From: Candidatus Poribacteria bacterium
GTDB taxonomy: Bacteria > Poribacteria > WGA-4E > PCPOR2b
Assembly: GCA_965208325.1 (NCBI GenBank)
Contig: OZ242326.1
Coordinates: forward strand, 2,880,001 to 2,944,000
DNA length: 64,000 bases
Reading direction: 5' to 3'
Below are positions 38,540 to 49,166 of this stretch, in pieces; positions within the stretch are counted from its first letter, which is position 1; each line of letters starts with the position of its first letter. The position numbers and the translations under genes were made by a program. The notes beneath the pieces are model-generated. The model was given only the letters and a program-made list of their open reading frames with translations. It was not told where the DNA came from and did no database searches.

Positions 38540-40105
38540 ATACTGTCTGAATCAGGATTTGCAGGATTGTAGGTTGGGTTGAGCGGTCTTCGCCGAATAA
38601 TGTACAATTTTACGTTCCTCTCCGGAAGCCTAACGACGTCCAGGATCCGATGCACGGAGCGTAACCCAACGCTTTTCGTATTTACTAAACGTTTCCAATA
38701 ACCCAAACGCTCCGCAATATCCAAATACTGTCTGAACTGTGATTTGTATGATTGAATGATGGGCTATGATTAAGAGAGCACATACTCATTAGGTGTTTGC
38801 GGCTCTTGTAGGTTGGGTAGAGCGGATTCACCCATAAACCGCCCATTTAAATCATCCACACTGTCAACCTAGCCACGCACAAAATCCTATGAATCGAGCG
38901 AAACCCAACGCTTTTGAAACCTCTGGCATTTCAATCGACTCCCAAACACCATCACCGCCCCTAATTCCAAACTAAACTCACTCGGTCAATCCTACAATAA
39001 CTGTCTGAACTGTGATTTGTGTGATTGAATGATGGGCTATGATTTAAAGAACTCATCTCTCTGCAGGAGCAATATCCGAATCGAGACACACTACCTGTGG
39101 GAGCGGCTTCCAGCCGCGATTTAGTAGCAGGCACACCCCGGTCTGAAAAGTTTTTTTAGGTTGGGTTGAACGGTTTTCACCAAATGATGTACAATTTTAC
39201 GTTGTGCTTTGGAAGGCTAACGTCATACAAAATCCTATGCGCGGAGAACCCGAAGACCGCAGAGGGAAAGACTATCGCCAGCGCTATTCGCTCAATTGAT
39301 CGTTGGGTTCGCTGCATCTTAACAAATTTCAAACACCTTCAAATACCAATATCCAGCCTACCTTTTCCAGACTTTCATTTAACCCGCTTAACCCAACCTA
39401 CAAAAAAACAGGAACCCTCATGGCGTCGAGCAACGAATATCAACAGCTCGAAATTCAAACCCACAAATTTCAGCCAAAATTACAGTTTTTACAGTCCATA
39501 AAAAAAGGGTGAAAATTTTGCGGTTTGTGTTATCCGAAAAAATTAAAAACGCTTCTGTTAGATTAGGTTGACGAGAGGTAGATTTGGGATATTTGATTTG
39601 CTTATTTTGTGAGTATTTGGGATATGCTAAAATTAGCGGAAATGGGCACAACGGTAGGCAGGGAGCGGGTTTGGAGCGTAGAACATTATTGAGTAATAAA
39701 AAAAATAAGTTGAGAATGCTCATTTTTAAACCCGCGGACGGGATAATCAATTCAATCATCATAGATTGCTCCTTACAACGTGCATCATTGGGGCCGATTC
39801 TTCTTCCGTTATTCCGTTTGGGAGCCTTTCGACGCATTCGAAGGTTGGGTTGAGCGAATTTCACCAAAAAATGTAAAATTTCGCTTTGCGCTCTAGAAGC
39901 CTAACGACTTTCAAAATTCGATTCGCAGAGCGCAACCCAACGCATTTTGTAATTCCGCACAGTCCACGATGACCTGAACGCCTTGCGATTAACGAAAAGC
40001 GTTGGGTTCGCTACACCTTAACTAATACCAAACAACTTCATTTTACCAAATTCCATTCAACATCTTACGCTCTTGAATTTACGCCGCTTAACCCAACCTA
40101 CAAAA
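38540..40105. repeat. Mosaic of REP-like and other short dispersed repeats; no credible CDS
   Basis: Four GTAGGTTGGG-type units; duplicated CTGTCTGAACTGTGATTTGT..GGGCTATGATT (38728, 39001; inverted relative at ~60914-60953). Confidence 0.8.
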
Positions 40106-40195
40106 GCTTCAAACAGAATTGTAATTGTGGCGGTTATGGTAATGGTTCGCTTGGTTGGCTTCTTTCTTGTAAGCCATCTCTTATAGAAGTACCTG

Positions 40196-40594
40196 TTACT
40201 CATGACGAACAATGTCAAAATTTATAGCGTCACCGTTTTTAAGCCATCTCTCATAAAGGTACTTGGAAGTTGGGTGCATTGGGTCGAAATCTGATACGGA
40301 AAGGAACCCGTCACGATACCATGCTTTTTCTTTTGTGCGTGGACGGAAAAACTTAGAATAGAATCGCGAATGCAAACTTGAATCCCAGTCTCGGTCTACT
40401 TCTTCGATAAAAACGCCATGCTTCTTCATCAAGCGTTTGCGCTGTTTTTGAAACCAGCGCATCGCACGCTGTTTTGCCTCTTCATCATTTCGGCATCGCA
40501 CAAAATTCTGGGACCAACACTGTTTGTCCCCAAGTGGTACGTAGAAGTAGTCGAAGTTATATGAGACGTAATAAACTCTCTTATTTTTCCGCAA
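40196..40594 (-). CDS. Hypothetical basic protein
   Basis: 132-aa ORF overlapping the upstream ORF; its start (YYVSYNF) resembles that of 40581-40826 (YYISFKY). Confidence 0.55.
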   Translation of the reverse strand: MRKNKRVYYVSYNFDYFYVPLGDKQCWSQNFVRCRNDEEAKQRAMRWFQKQRKRLMKKHGVFIEEVDRDWDSSLHSRFYSKFFRPRTKEKAWYRDGFLSVSDFDPMHPTSKYLYERWLKNGDAINFDIVRHE

Positions 40595-40826
40595 GGATAT
40601 CCTTAAGTTCCTTAATCGTACGTTCTAATATACGCGCGATTTCGGGGCCATCTCCTGTTTCTGACAAAAAATTATTGTTGAAATAACGATCTATATATTT
40701 CAACAATCTTCTTAATTCTTCTCTTGCTTCCAGTATTCTTGAACGTGTTTCTTCTCGCATCTGGGGTGTCCTTTCTAGAGTTGGGTAATTAACATATTTG
40801 AAACTGATGTAGTAGTTTCGAGTCAT
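40581..40826 (-). CDS. Small hypothetical protein
   Basis: 81-aa ORF directly after the palindromic site. Confidence 0.55.
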   Translation of the reverse strand: MTRNYYISFKYVNYPTLERTPQMREETRSRILEAREELRRLLKYIDRYFNNNFLSETGDGPEIARILERTIKELKDILAEK

Positions 40827-40840
40827 AGACTGGATCTAGG

Positions 40841-40868
40841 ATGTCCGATAATGCCGCTTATCGGACGT
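40841..40868. promoter_or_regulatory. 11-6-11 palindromic site, copy 3
   Basis: ATGTCCGATAA-TGCCGC-TTATCGGACGT. Confidence 0.65.
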
Positions 40869-41136
40869 TTACACACCGCCAAAATAAAATGTTAGCAACT
40901 CATATAGATACACGCTCTTCATCTCTTGTAAGCAGATCTATCAGTATTTCCGCCGTATTTCATCGCATACACAAACATATTCACCATAAACTGTTGCACG
41001 TCCGCAGAACGGCGCATCCGCAGCATCGTTCGGCTGGGGATTTCCGCCGCCCCCGTCGCGCATATTCCACTATCTGAAACTCGGGCATCGGTGGATCGTT
41101 GTGTGCCTAAAACAAAACGAGACATATACGAAGAAT

Positions 41137-41492
41137 TCAAGGAGATTCTAGATTTAGATAGGATTCCCAATAAGCACGATCACGCGCTTTCACATCAGGA
41201 GGAGACTCTTTCGCAACACCTCCAGACGCTAGAATTCGACCTAATTCATCCATGATAAGAAGTGAAGTCGCAGGTTTACCGGATTTATCAAATAGATAAA
41301 TCGCCGGGCCAAAATCATCGGTACTCCCCATTATCACTATTTCGGGTGTTAGCGTGCCTTTTTTGAATAGTGTTATTCTTGGCTCGCTATGATCGCCGCC
41401 TGAATCTAGCATGATTCGAGGCTTGCCGTTAGAATCTGACATCGTTAATGCGCGACATTCATTATTCTCAAAATTTTTCTTTCCAATAACAT
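41137..41492 (-). pseudogene. Paralog of 941-1249, probably frameshifted near its start
   Basis: The RBS-linked ATG at 41492 is out of frame with FENNECRALTMSDSNGKPRIML. Confidence 0.45.
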
Positions 41493-41541
41493 AAGAAATC
41501 TCCTTTTTGAGGTTTTTGAGGAGGTGACAGCCTCCCCCTTT

Positions 41542-41883
41542 TTATTTCTGCCGTATTTTACCGCGCCATTTAGGAATATCTGGGATGCTGGACGGATCCA
41601 CATAAAAGGGTTCTGTTTTCAGCTTTTTCGGGCGTTTGATAACAGGCGTTCTGTGGGTAATATCGATAAATCGCCCGTCTTTACCGACGTATTTGATGGT
41701 ACGAAAATCTTGGTTTGCTTTCTTTGTTTCTTCTGCCATATGCTCAATCAACCAGGCCCTTTCCCTATACAAAGTAATGGCGGTAAAGGGATGCTGGTTG
41801 GTATAGGACATGGCATCTAAGAACCAAAAGCAAAATCCAACAAATGCGAGCGCGATTATCGGGGGAATCAAGTTTCGGTTCAT
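41542..41883 (-). CDS. Membrane-anchored hypothetical protein with YVDPSSIPxIPKWRGK C-terminus
   Basis: AGGAGG RBS; TM helix; C-terminus shared with 21803-22177. Confidence 0.7.
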   Translation of the reverse strand: MNRNLIPPIIALAFVGFCFWFLDAMSYTNQHPFTAITLYRERAWLIEHMAEETKKANQDFRTIKYVGKDGRFIDITHRTPVIKRPKKLKTEPFYVDPSSIPDIPKWRGKIRQK

Positions 41884-41908
41884 TTTGTTTCCCTCCTTTT
41901 TTTGCCAA

Positions 41909-41936
41909 ATTTCCGATAATACCTATTAGCGGACAT
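41909..41936. promoter_or_regulatory. 11-6-11 palindromic site, copy 4
   Basis: ATTTCCGATAA-TACCTA-TTAGCGGACAT. Confidence 0.55.
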
Positions 41937-42012
41937 CCTTTCAGTCCGCGTCATAAGGAATGTCCATAACCCCGCCATTCATTTTCGCCTATGCACCAAT
42001 CTCTTTCCTTCT

Positions 42013-42210
42013 CTAACGCTTGTCTCCCCGCAGGTGTCTCGACAAACCCTTCAGCACCAGGTGGCCATGATACCGTTCGAGATATTCAGAACAATCAAGT
42101 TTAGGCAATTTAGGTTCTAAAACGATAATGGTATTATGGGCTTGGTCATGTCTGCCGCACGCCCAGCACAAGCAACATAGAAGGCAAAATAGGAACAATC
42201 GGTTTAACAT
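42013..42210 (-). CDS. Small putative lipoprotein
   Basis: Hydrophobic N-terminus with WA-C; overlaps the upstream stop codon. Confidence 0.4.
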   Translation of the reverse strand: MLNRLFLFCLLCCLCWACGRHDQAHNTIIVLEPKLPKLDCSEYLERYHGHLVLKGLSRHLRGDKR

Positions 42211-42692
42211 TGTGAGACCCGCGATTGAACCGTTTTTAAGAGTTGTCTGCCTGCGTCCTCATCAATAGACCATAGCACTCCTATAGAAATGCTTTCCTTA
42301 CCGCGAATCTTATTGAACTCCTCGACTCTAACCGGATTATTAACGATTGGGAGATACCAGTCAACAGGGATTCGATATTCAAAACAAGCGGTATGCTGAT
42401 AAACCAACCGATCACTGCCTTTGAAGCTCGAACCCTGCCAACAGTCTGTGACTCGCCCCGCCGACACAACGCCTTTACGGTTTGCATACATGAAAAGAAT
42501 ATCTCCCGGTTTCAGCTTTCCAAGTATATCTACGCCATATTTCTTAAAGCCCTCTGTATCTACGGCGTATTCCTTATATTTGTCTGATGTAAAACTTGAA
42601 GTGAAGGCGTATTCATATTTAATCCACTTCGCATGGGGGCTGTAACCAAGTTGCTTATTACTAGCATCGGTATTGATGTAATAAAATTTCAT
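42204..42692 (-). CDS. Stand-alone EVE/PUA-like domain protein (type seen fused to restriction nucleases)
   Basis: LKPGDILFMY..GVVSAGRV...RIPVDW; GGAGG RBS before ATG at 42692. Confidence 0.6.
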   Translation of the reverse strand: MKFYYINTDASNKQLGYSPHAKWIKYEYAFTSSFTSDKYKEYAVDTEGFKKYGVDILGKLKPGDILFMYANRKGVVSAGRVTDCWQGSSFKGSDRLVYQHTACFEYRIPVDWYLPIVNNPVRVEEFNKIRGKESISIGVLWSIDEDAGRQLLKTVQSRVSQC

Positions 42693-43757
42693 AACAATGT
42701 TCCTCCATGTTAGCGACCAGCACGCCAATGTTCAATTTCCACCCCACACTCTCGGCACGGTGTGAGATTACGCTGTGGCTTGCTGGGATTCTTGAGATGC
42801 GCCTCGTCGAGGCTTGAATAAATCATGATACTCTAAGAAATTCTCCATTTTATCACCAAATTGCTTTTTCTATAGCTCTGCACGCCTCAAATGAATCGTT
42901 GGTGGCTATAAGGCAGTGCCCCAATTGTTTGGACACAAAACTGAGCTCTTCAGTAAATTGTTGGCAGTGAAGGGAGTTGACACCAACCAACCGGATAATT
43001 CTTTTTCGTTTGGGTATAGCGGATTTCACCAAATGATGTACAATTTTACGTGCCGGTCTGGAAGCCTAACGACGAACAAAATTCGATGCACGGAGAACCC
43101 GAAGGCGGGAGAGGAAAAGACTATCGCCTTCGCACGTATTCGCCGCCGTTGCTCCGCTCGCCGTAGCCGTTCGTCCTTCAGGTTAGTCATAGCTATTGTC
43201 ACATTAAAACAAAGGTCTTTTCCATTCTCTGGCTATTAGCGTTCACAGTTGTTTACGTCTTGATGGCAGATTGTTGTGTCAACAGTTGGGTGATAGCGGC
43301 GTGGAAATAGTCAAATAATGTCCTCTGCATCTTTTTTCATTTCCTCGGATATGCCATAGGCCGTATCCGAAGTGGAGGTGATTTTACTCTGGGTTTGCGC
43401 AATGTTCTTTAATCTAGTAGCGCCGTATCTGGGGGAGGGTAACATGATTGCTGTATTCAAGATTCTTCCCGGATTGCTCACACCTTTTCAATTCGCTTGT
43501 AACGTTTTGCATTGCCGAACCGCATCCAATAAACCAAACGCGCCGGATTCAAGGCAAGACTATAACTCGAGAAAACTATTGCCCTCGTTATTCACTCGGT
43601 TGATCCTTCGCTATTCGCTCAGTTGCTCGTTGGGGTCGCTGCATCTTAACAAGTTCCGAGCATAATCAAATGCCGATATCCATTCGACATTTCTCGCGTC
43701 TCAAATTTACTCCGCTTACCCAAACTACAAAAACTTGCGCTCCCCTTCATCTTGGAA

Positions 43758-44525
43758 TTATTCAGGACGCCCCTTCGAGTTCAGTTTGTAACCGAACTCA
43801 GTCGCGTGGACAGCATACAGAAACCCGTGAGAATCCGTGTCAATCACTAAAGCCAGTAATTGCGCCTTTTCGTCGTAGTTGTCCAGTATCAGTTTCTTGA
43901 CCGCCTCCTTGTTATGATTACCCTCTGTAAGATCATGCTTAACATCCTTATCCGACAGCATCAGGAGGCCCAGTCTGGTGTAGTTAGACTTATCTGGTAG
44001 CTTACGACCCTTCTCACGATTAGACCGCCGAGTTTTTGCGAGATTAGTGCGATTCCGAACTTTCAGGATACGCGAATAGTCAATTTTACTTGGCTTTGCG
44101 CCGCCGACATTGCATACTTTCAGGATATGCTCAGCCTCGAGATACGCGAATAGGGTATTCTCCGTAGCGCTAAATACAAGATTGATAAACATAGTGGGAC
44201 CATAATTGAGACGGCGTGCCACGATCTTCACACGCTTGTATGTCTCAGTTTTCAGGTGCATGTTTATGCGCTTTTCGAACGGCGTCACATCTCTCTGTGT
44301 TTGCTCGATAAACTCCTTGCGCCCTTGCCTCATTCGTTCTATTAGTTTCTCGTCGTCCACGTTTAGGATAATGTTGAATACCTCGCTCGTGGGCTGTGCT
44401 CGACGATGGGATACACGCCGAATACGATAGCCACAGTCCGCTCGAACAGAAATACATTGAGTATTGCTCTTTTTCTTCATCCTCGGTATCTTTTGTATCT
44501 GTATTTGCTTAAGTGCCAAATTCAT
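43758..44525 (-). CDS. Hypothetical basic protein with two RHH-like segments
   Basis: 255-aa ORF; CISVRADCGYRIRRVS.. and INMHLKTETYKRVKIVA.. Confidence 0.55.
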   Translation of the reverse strand: MNLALKQIQIQKIPRMKKKSNTQCISVRADCGYRIRRVSHRRAQPTSEVFNIILNVDDEKLIERMRQGRKEFIEQTQRDVTPFEKRINMHLKTETYKRVKIVARRLNYGPTMFINLVFSATENTLFAYLEAEHILKVCNVGGAKPSKIDYSRILKVRNRTNLAKTRRSNREKGRKLPDKSNYTRLGLLMLSDKDVKHDLTEGNHNKEAVKKLILDNYDEKAQLLALVIDTDSHGFLYAVHATEFGYKLNSKGRPE

Positions 44526-44540
44526 TTATACAGTAGAGAC

Positions 44541-45211
44541 TTACTTGAAGATTTTAAGTTCCCCGTTCTCGACAACCAGCACTACCGGGTCATAAACCAC
44601 ATCACCTCAACGTTAAACGAGAACGACCCTAAAATGGTATCCGAATCCGCGATATTCGCCAGCGCACGCCGAACCGCCGCCGCCTCGGTTGTGCCAGCGT
44701 TGACAATCATTACGGCTATGATATACAGGGCAGTATACGATTGGGCACCCCACTGATTCAGTTCAATGCTATACGTCGCCCGGTAATTCTCCACAAACGC
44801 TTGATTGCCCGGCGTGTCCGCTAGGCAGCTCCAATTTGGAAAAGAGACCGCTCCTTCCGCAACATCGCCTATAATAGCGATTTCATTGCCGGTCAATTCG
44901 GGCGTGATATACCGAACCGAGGCGGGGACACCCAGCGCACGCCCCTGGCTCATAATCCGAGTGCGTCCGGTCGGTAAAGCGGAGACATTGTTTTCGGGCA
45001 GGTGATGCAGCAATACACGCCCGATGGCTTTCGCCGCGTAGTATATCGTGTGTCCCTGCAGTTCCGTCCGAACGTCCTTAACAAATGTATACGTGTCAAA
45101 ACCGGGATAGATACGCTCAAGTTTTCGTCCAATGACCAAACCGTCTTGAGTCAGATCGAAAAGTGTGCGTTGACTCATGCCGGAAAATTTGCGCCGCTCT
45201 TTCACACTCAT
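44541..45211 (-). pseudogene. Chimeric pseudogene: DNA-alkylation-repair-like N-terminus fused to a frameshifted LivK-type C-terminus
   Basis: RIYPGFD..FV.....HHLPEN joined to DTPGNQAFVENYRA..AQSY; the true tail GDVVYDPVVLVVENGELKIFK* is in another frame. Confidence 0.7.
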
Positions 45212-45258
45212 TTAAATCTCCAGCGCGTTTTGCCGGATTGCATGAGGTTACTTAAATA

Positions 45259-45377
45259 GGACTTACGCAATAAGTTCAAAAGTCCCCCTAACAAAGGGGA
45301 TTTAGGTGGTTAAAAACACTGAAAAAACGGCCGTTTGAGTCCAATAGTTCCTTTTTCTGCTCAATTTGCGTAAGTCC
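45259..45377. mobile_element. MITE-like element with perfect 12-bp terminal inverted repeats
   Basis: GGACTTACGCAA...TTGCGTAAGTCC, non-coding. Confidence 0.7.
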
Positions 45378-45383
45378 GTCTCA

Positions 45384-46610
45384 TCACAAATTCGATCGAA
45401 AAGAACGTTCTTCAGTCTCCTCAAAAAACAATTCCTCGCTCTGAGTCGCCATCTTAACTGCAATTCGATCTTTTAAAATTCGTGGACTGAAATTCTTGCG
45501 TACTTCCTCATCAATTCGGTTCAATAAAAATGGGATTTCATGGCCGGGACTGTTCATCTGACAATCGGAGGCCATGATGCGTAGCATATCCTCTAGATGA
45601 TGCTTATGTACTTCAAATCCGAATGCCTTGCTCCTAGGTTTAAAGACTCCTCTGAAAATATCACGGGCGATGCCATTTTTAAATCCATCGAAAGCATGCT
45701 GGTTACGGACACCGTTATTCTGATTTAAGTGGTTTTCTAATGTCTCGACTACGTAAACTTCACCAGCACTAAGGGCGCGAGCAAATTTGGTAAATGTAGG
45801 ATTAGCTATTTTTTTGACAATACCCAGAACTTGCTTTTTTTTGGTCTCAAACAATTTGTTATACAACTGCACCCCTTCTTGAGTTGATACAAGGTACTCA
45901 TCGACCAAAGGACCATCCAAAAACAGATAAGGTTCATCAATTTCTAAACAGTGCTCAACTTCGTAGTATCTCAAATATGCGGTTGGATATATGCCAAAGA
46001 GACCTTGTTTTTCGCGTGCAATGAAATCGTTTGTATCGACCGCATCAGAAAGCAAAACCTTACTTGACCAATAGTGCAGCGAATCTTGCATCGGCCGACG
46101 ATGTGAGAGGCTGCCGATGCCAACACAAATCGCTTGTCCGGCTGAATACTTTTGCATCGGTAGGGCAAAGGTGCCATCTATAGCGGCAACTTCCCCTTTC
46201 TCTAATTCTCTCGCCTCACTGAATAAACCAAACTCTACCTTACGCAATGGCGGTAAATCAGAATCGATTCGCCTGGCTTCCATAGTCTCGCGGGCTTTCC
46301 GTATTGCCCGAATTGCCCGATCGCTGCTGAGCATTTCTACAATATCCTCAGCGATCTCCCCGAAATTAGAAGCGAACTCATTTCTTGATACACGTCTCGA
46401 ACCATTGAGAAGTTCTTGAAAAATCTCAATATGCCGCTTGGGTGTCCCACGCCGGGATTGGTCGCTGTTACGTATTGCCACAACACCGTCGGCGGTCTCA
46501 TCGAAATTAACGACTGATTCATCTCTTGATTCACCTAGGAGTTTGTGAACCATTTCAACTTGTCGATTGGGTTTCGATGAATTGAAGAACTTCCTAATCC
46601 TTCTTAACAT
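45384..46610 (-). CDS. nurA: NurA-family nuclease (RNase H-like fold)
   Basis: AAIDGT and FLDGPL motifs, GIVK, PFLL..ID; 10 bp downstream of herA. Confidence 0.75.
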   Translation of the reverse strand: MLRRIRKFFNSSKPNRQVEMVHKLLGESRDESVVNFDETADGVVAIRNSDQSRRGTPKRHIEIFQELLNGSRRVSRNEFASNFGEIAEDIVEMLSSDRAIRAIRKARETMEARRIDSDLPPLRKVEFGLFSEARELEKGEVAAIDGTFALPMQKYSAGQAICVGIGSLSHRRPMQDSLHYWSSKVLLSDAVDTNDFIAREKQGLFGIYPTAYLRYYEVEHCLEIDEPYLFLDGPLVDEYLVSTQEGVQLYNKLFETKKKQVLGIVKKIANPTFTKFARALSAGEVYVVETLENHLNQNNGVRNQHAFDGFKNGIARDIFRGVFKPRSKAFGFEVHKHHLEDMLRIMASDCQMNSPGHEIPFLLNRIDEEVRKNFSPRILKDRIAVKMATQSEELFFEETEERSFRSNL

Positions 46611-46620
46611 TTGAAATTCC

Positions 46621-48180
46621 TCACTTCTGATTGGTTCTGTTCGGGACGGTGTTATCGCTGCGCATTAGCTCAAATGGAGATGGTGCCATCTGCACTGGAA
46701 TTACGTTGAACGATTCAAACATCTTAACAAGAGCATGACCAGTTCCGAGTCCCAACGCTTCTATAGAGTACCTCTTTCCCATTGTCTGTGTTGCAGAGTC
46801 TGCTTCATCCTTGCTGTTCTGATGCATAACCATGTGCGTGTTGAGATTATTCATCACACGTTGAGGGATTTGTGAAGCGTTTTGAAGGCTAAGTATAATT
46901 GAGTGATCAAGTGTTCGTCCTTCTCGCATAATGCGGTTGAATGAACCAGCAAGTGTATCGCTGTAACGTGACTCATTATCAAAAATGCGGTGCGCTTCAT
47001 CTACCATGTGAACAATGCCCACTCCTTCCCCCTTACTGCGATGCGATTGGCAACCATCCAAGACGTAAGACAAGAGTAAGGCATAAGATGAATCGTCCAT
47101 CTGTGAATAATCAATGACCAATATTCGTCCTTTACTTACATCAAAATCAAATTGGCGTACTGTCTTGCCATCAACAGCATCTAGCCACGGCATTTCCTCC
47201 CTGCGGCCTCGGACTTTTCGCAAGATAGTATTCCCTGTTCCCCCATGAATCCGTTCTCCCGGATCTACGTTTGGCTCCATGCGATTTTGAACAACTTTCA
47301 AGATGTCATCAAGTGAATATGGCTTTTTCTCAATTGAATCGGCGGCACTTGCAAATCCTTCAAATTGCAATTCTTCTTCTGTTCTAGGAAAGAAGAAACC
47401 TGCCAACATAGGTGGTGATAAATCGGATGCCCTGCACCCCGCAACAATATCCACATGATTTGGATTGCACTTGCCATGGAATCCGACACGAGTCACGTGA
47501 TAAGCGGAACGAGGTTGCAGTTCATACTCACGAAAGCGCTTCCAGATAGTTTCTACGTTTGGGTCGCTATTTTTAGATTTAATCAACTCATAGTCCGGCT
47601 TTGCGTCATGCACCAAAACGCATTTGTTAAACTTCATTGCCTGATCGATTAAATTCGCAGCAACGTTCGACTTTCCCGAACCCGTACCGCCTGCTATCAT
47701 GATGTGGTGGTTTAACGTTCGCGCATCAATACAGAGCGGTACACCGTCGGCATTGAGAAGCTCACCTATGACGTTAAAACTACCATCTGAATGTGTAGCT
47801 TTCCGAGGGATTCCAATTACTTGACTTATCGTTTCTATATCCAGTTGAGTCACAGGGGCGCCCGGTAATGGCCTTACGCGTGATGTTAGCATCTGATGCC
47901 CGTCGTATTCTCCCAATACCAATATATCAAACACCTGCACCGACTCAACGGATTGTACATCAGCGCGGGATTCCATAAGTTTTAGTCCATGAAGAATCGT
48001 TGGATCAAGGGGGTTTCCTACCGTGGAGACGTTTCGGTTAGGTTGGATAATCTGTCCAATCCACAATTTACCGTCTTGCACTATACGAACATAATCAAAC
48101 AAAGCAAACTCTTCCTCCATTCGCCCCATTGCCTGAATGTTCGATAAGTTGCTGCTTGGACCGTCATGTAATACGAGCAT
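46621..48180 (-). CDS. herA: HerA/FtsK-family ATPase
   Basis: HIMIAGGTGSGKS Walker A, VDEAH Walker B, REGR, SLQ, N-terminal HAS-barrel-like region. Confidence 0.88.
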   Translation of the reverse strand: MLVLHDGPSSNLSNIQAMGRMEEEFALFDYVRIVQDGKLWIGQIIQPNRNVSTVGNPLDPTILHGLKLMESRADVQSVESVQVFDILVLGEYDGHQMLTSRVRPLPGAPVTQLDIETISQVIGIPRKATHSDGSFNVIGELLNADGVPLCIDARTLNHHIMIAGGTGSGKSNVAANLIDQAMKFNKCVLVHDAKPDYELIKSKNSDPNVETIWKRFREYELQPRSAYHVTRVGFHGKCNPNHVDIVAGCRASDLSPPMLAGFFFPRTEEELQFEGFASAADSIEKKPYSLDDILKVVQNRMEPNVDPGERIHGGTGNTILRKVRGRREEMPWLDAVDGKTVRQFDFDVSKGRILVIDYSQMDDSSYALLLSYVLDGCQSHRSKGEGVGIVHMVDEAHRIFDNESRYSDTLAGSFNRIMREGRTLDHSIILSLQNASQIPQRVMNNLNTHMVMHQNSKDEADSATQTMGKRYSIEALGLGTGHALVKMFESFNVIPVQMAPSPFELMRSDNTVPNRTNQK

Positions 48181-48476
48181 CTTCGCCTCTGAAAAGGTGA
48201 GTTAATTTTTACGGGCAAACTAACCTAGACACAATCTTAGCAATGCTTCCGAAGCAGTGATAGCGGTAAGTCCTCACAAAGAGCAAACAAACCCATGGCA
48301 TGTGCCAGGGTTTTCAGTGCTTGGGTTTCCTCAATTTCGTCCGGTCGGCGGAGCACTATTCCCAGGCAGATATTGCTCTATGAATCTTAGCGCTGATAGC
48401 AATTTTGTTTTCTTGATTCAATGTTGTAGGAACCGCTTATTGTAGTGTCGTCCCTAGAAATTCCGTCCGTGTGGCA

Positions 48477-48680
48477 TCATGCTTTCTCATACTCCTTGAG
48501 AAAACCAACAAATTCTCCGCGATGCTTTTCCTCATCAGCGCGCAGTTTGACACAGAGGTCTTGTGTGACGTAGTCAATGCCGTCGCACAAGCGGATAACC
48601 TTATTGTAATGTTCAATCGCCCCGTTCTCCGCGTCAATCACACCGTGGATAGCTGTGACAACATCGGTCTAATCTTCAGT
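48477..48680 (-). pseudogene. 3' remnant of a ferritin-like/rubrerythrin-like gene
   Basis: TED*TDVVTAIHGVIDAENGAIEHYNKVIRLCDGIDYVTQDL...DEEKHR; in-frame TAG and no 5' part. Confidence 0.65.
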
Positions 48681-49166
48681 CTGTCGCGCATTCTGATGCA
48701 AGATAATTATACCATCAGGCGTGATTGCGGGTGGAAAGCACGGAAGCGTCAGATTTTGCATCTGCACGGTAACATGACGGTTACTAAACCGGCCGGGAAA
48801 GAACAAGGATAGGAATGAAAACGGAAGAATTACCATGAAACATCGATAATAGCGAGCCTACCCAGTTGCTGCATGTTAGGTAGAGCGATCAAGCGACCGA
48901 AAAGGGAGCACGATAGTTCTTACCTTCAGTAAAAATTACCATGACCGTGCGAAACCCAACCTACAAGAACTGCATACGTGATTGCACGATGAGGCGTTGT
49001 AATCTGACGATTCGTCACGAATGCGGGGCACGCGGAATACTATCGCCTTCGCTATTCACTCAGTTGATCCCCGCCTACAATGGGGGTAGCGTCTGACTCC
49101 TCCTTGCCAAGGGGGAGGATTTTACTAGACAAAACTATCGTCCTCCCTATTCGGTCGCTTGATCCC

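Noticed and set aside
38476..39867. ORFs 38476-38724, 39166-39501, 39418-39867 (also 23601-23810, 42916-43239)
   Set aside because: They translate REP-like repeats (e.g. LNPTY peptides) and are not credible genes.
37228..42728. Prophage
   Set aside because: No integrase, large terminase, capsid, tail or lysis genes.
43180..43560. Possible degraded gene or transposase fragment
   Set aside because: Multiple stops in the frame I read and no family motif I can identify.
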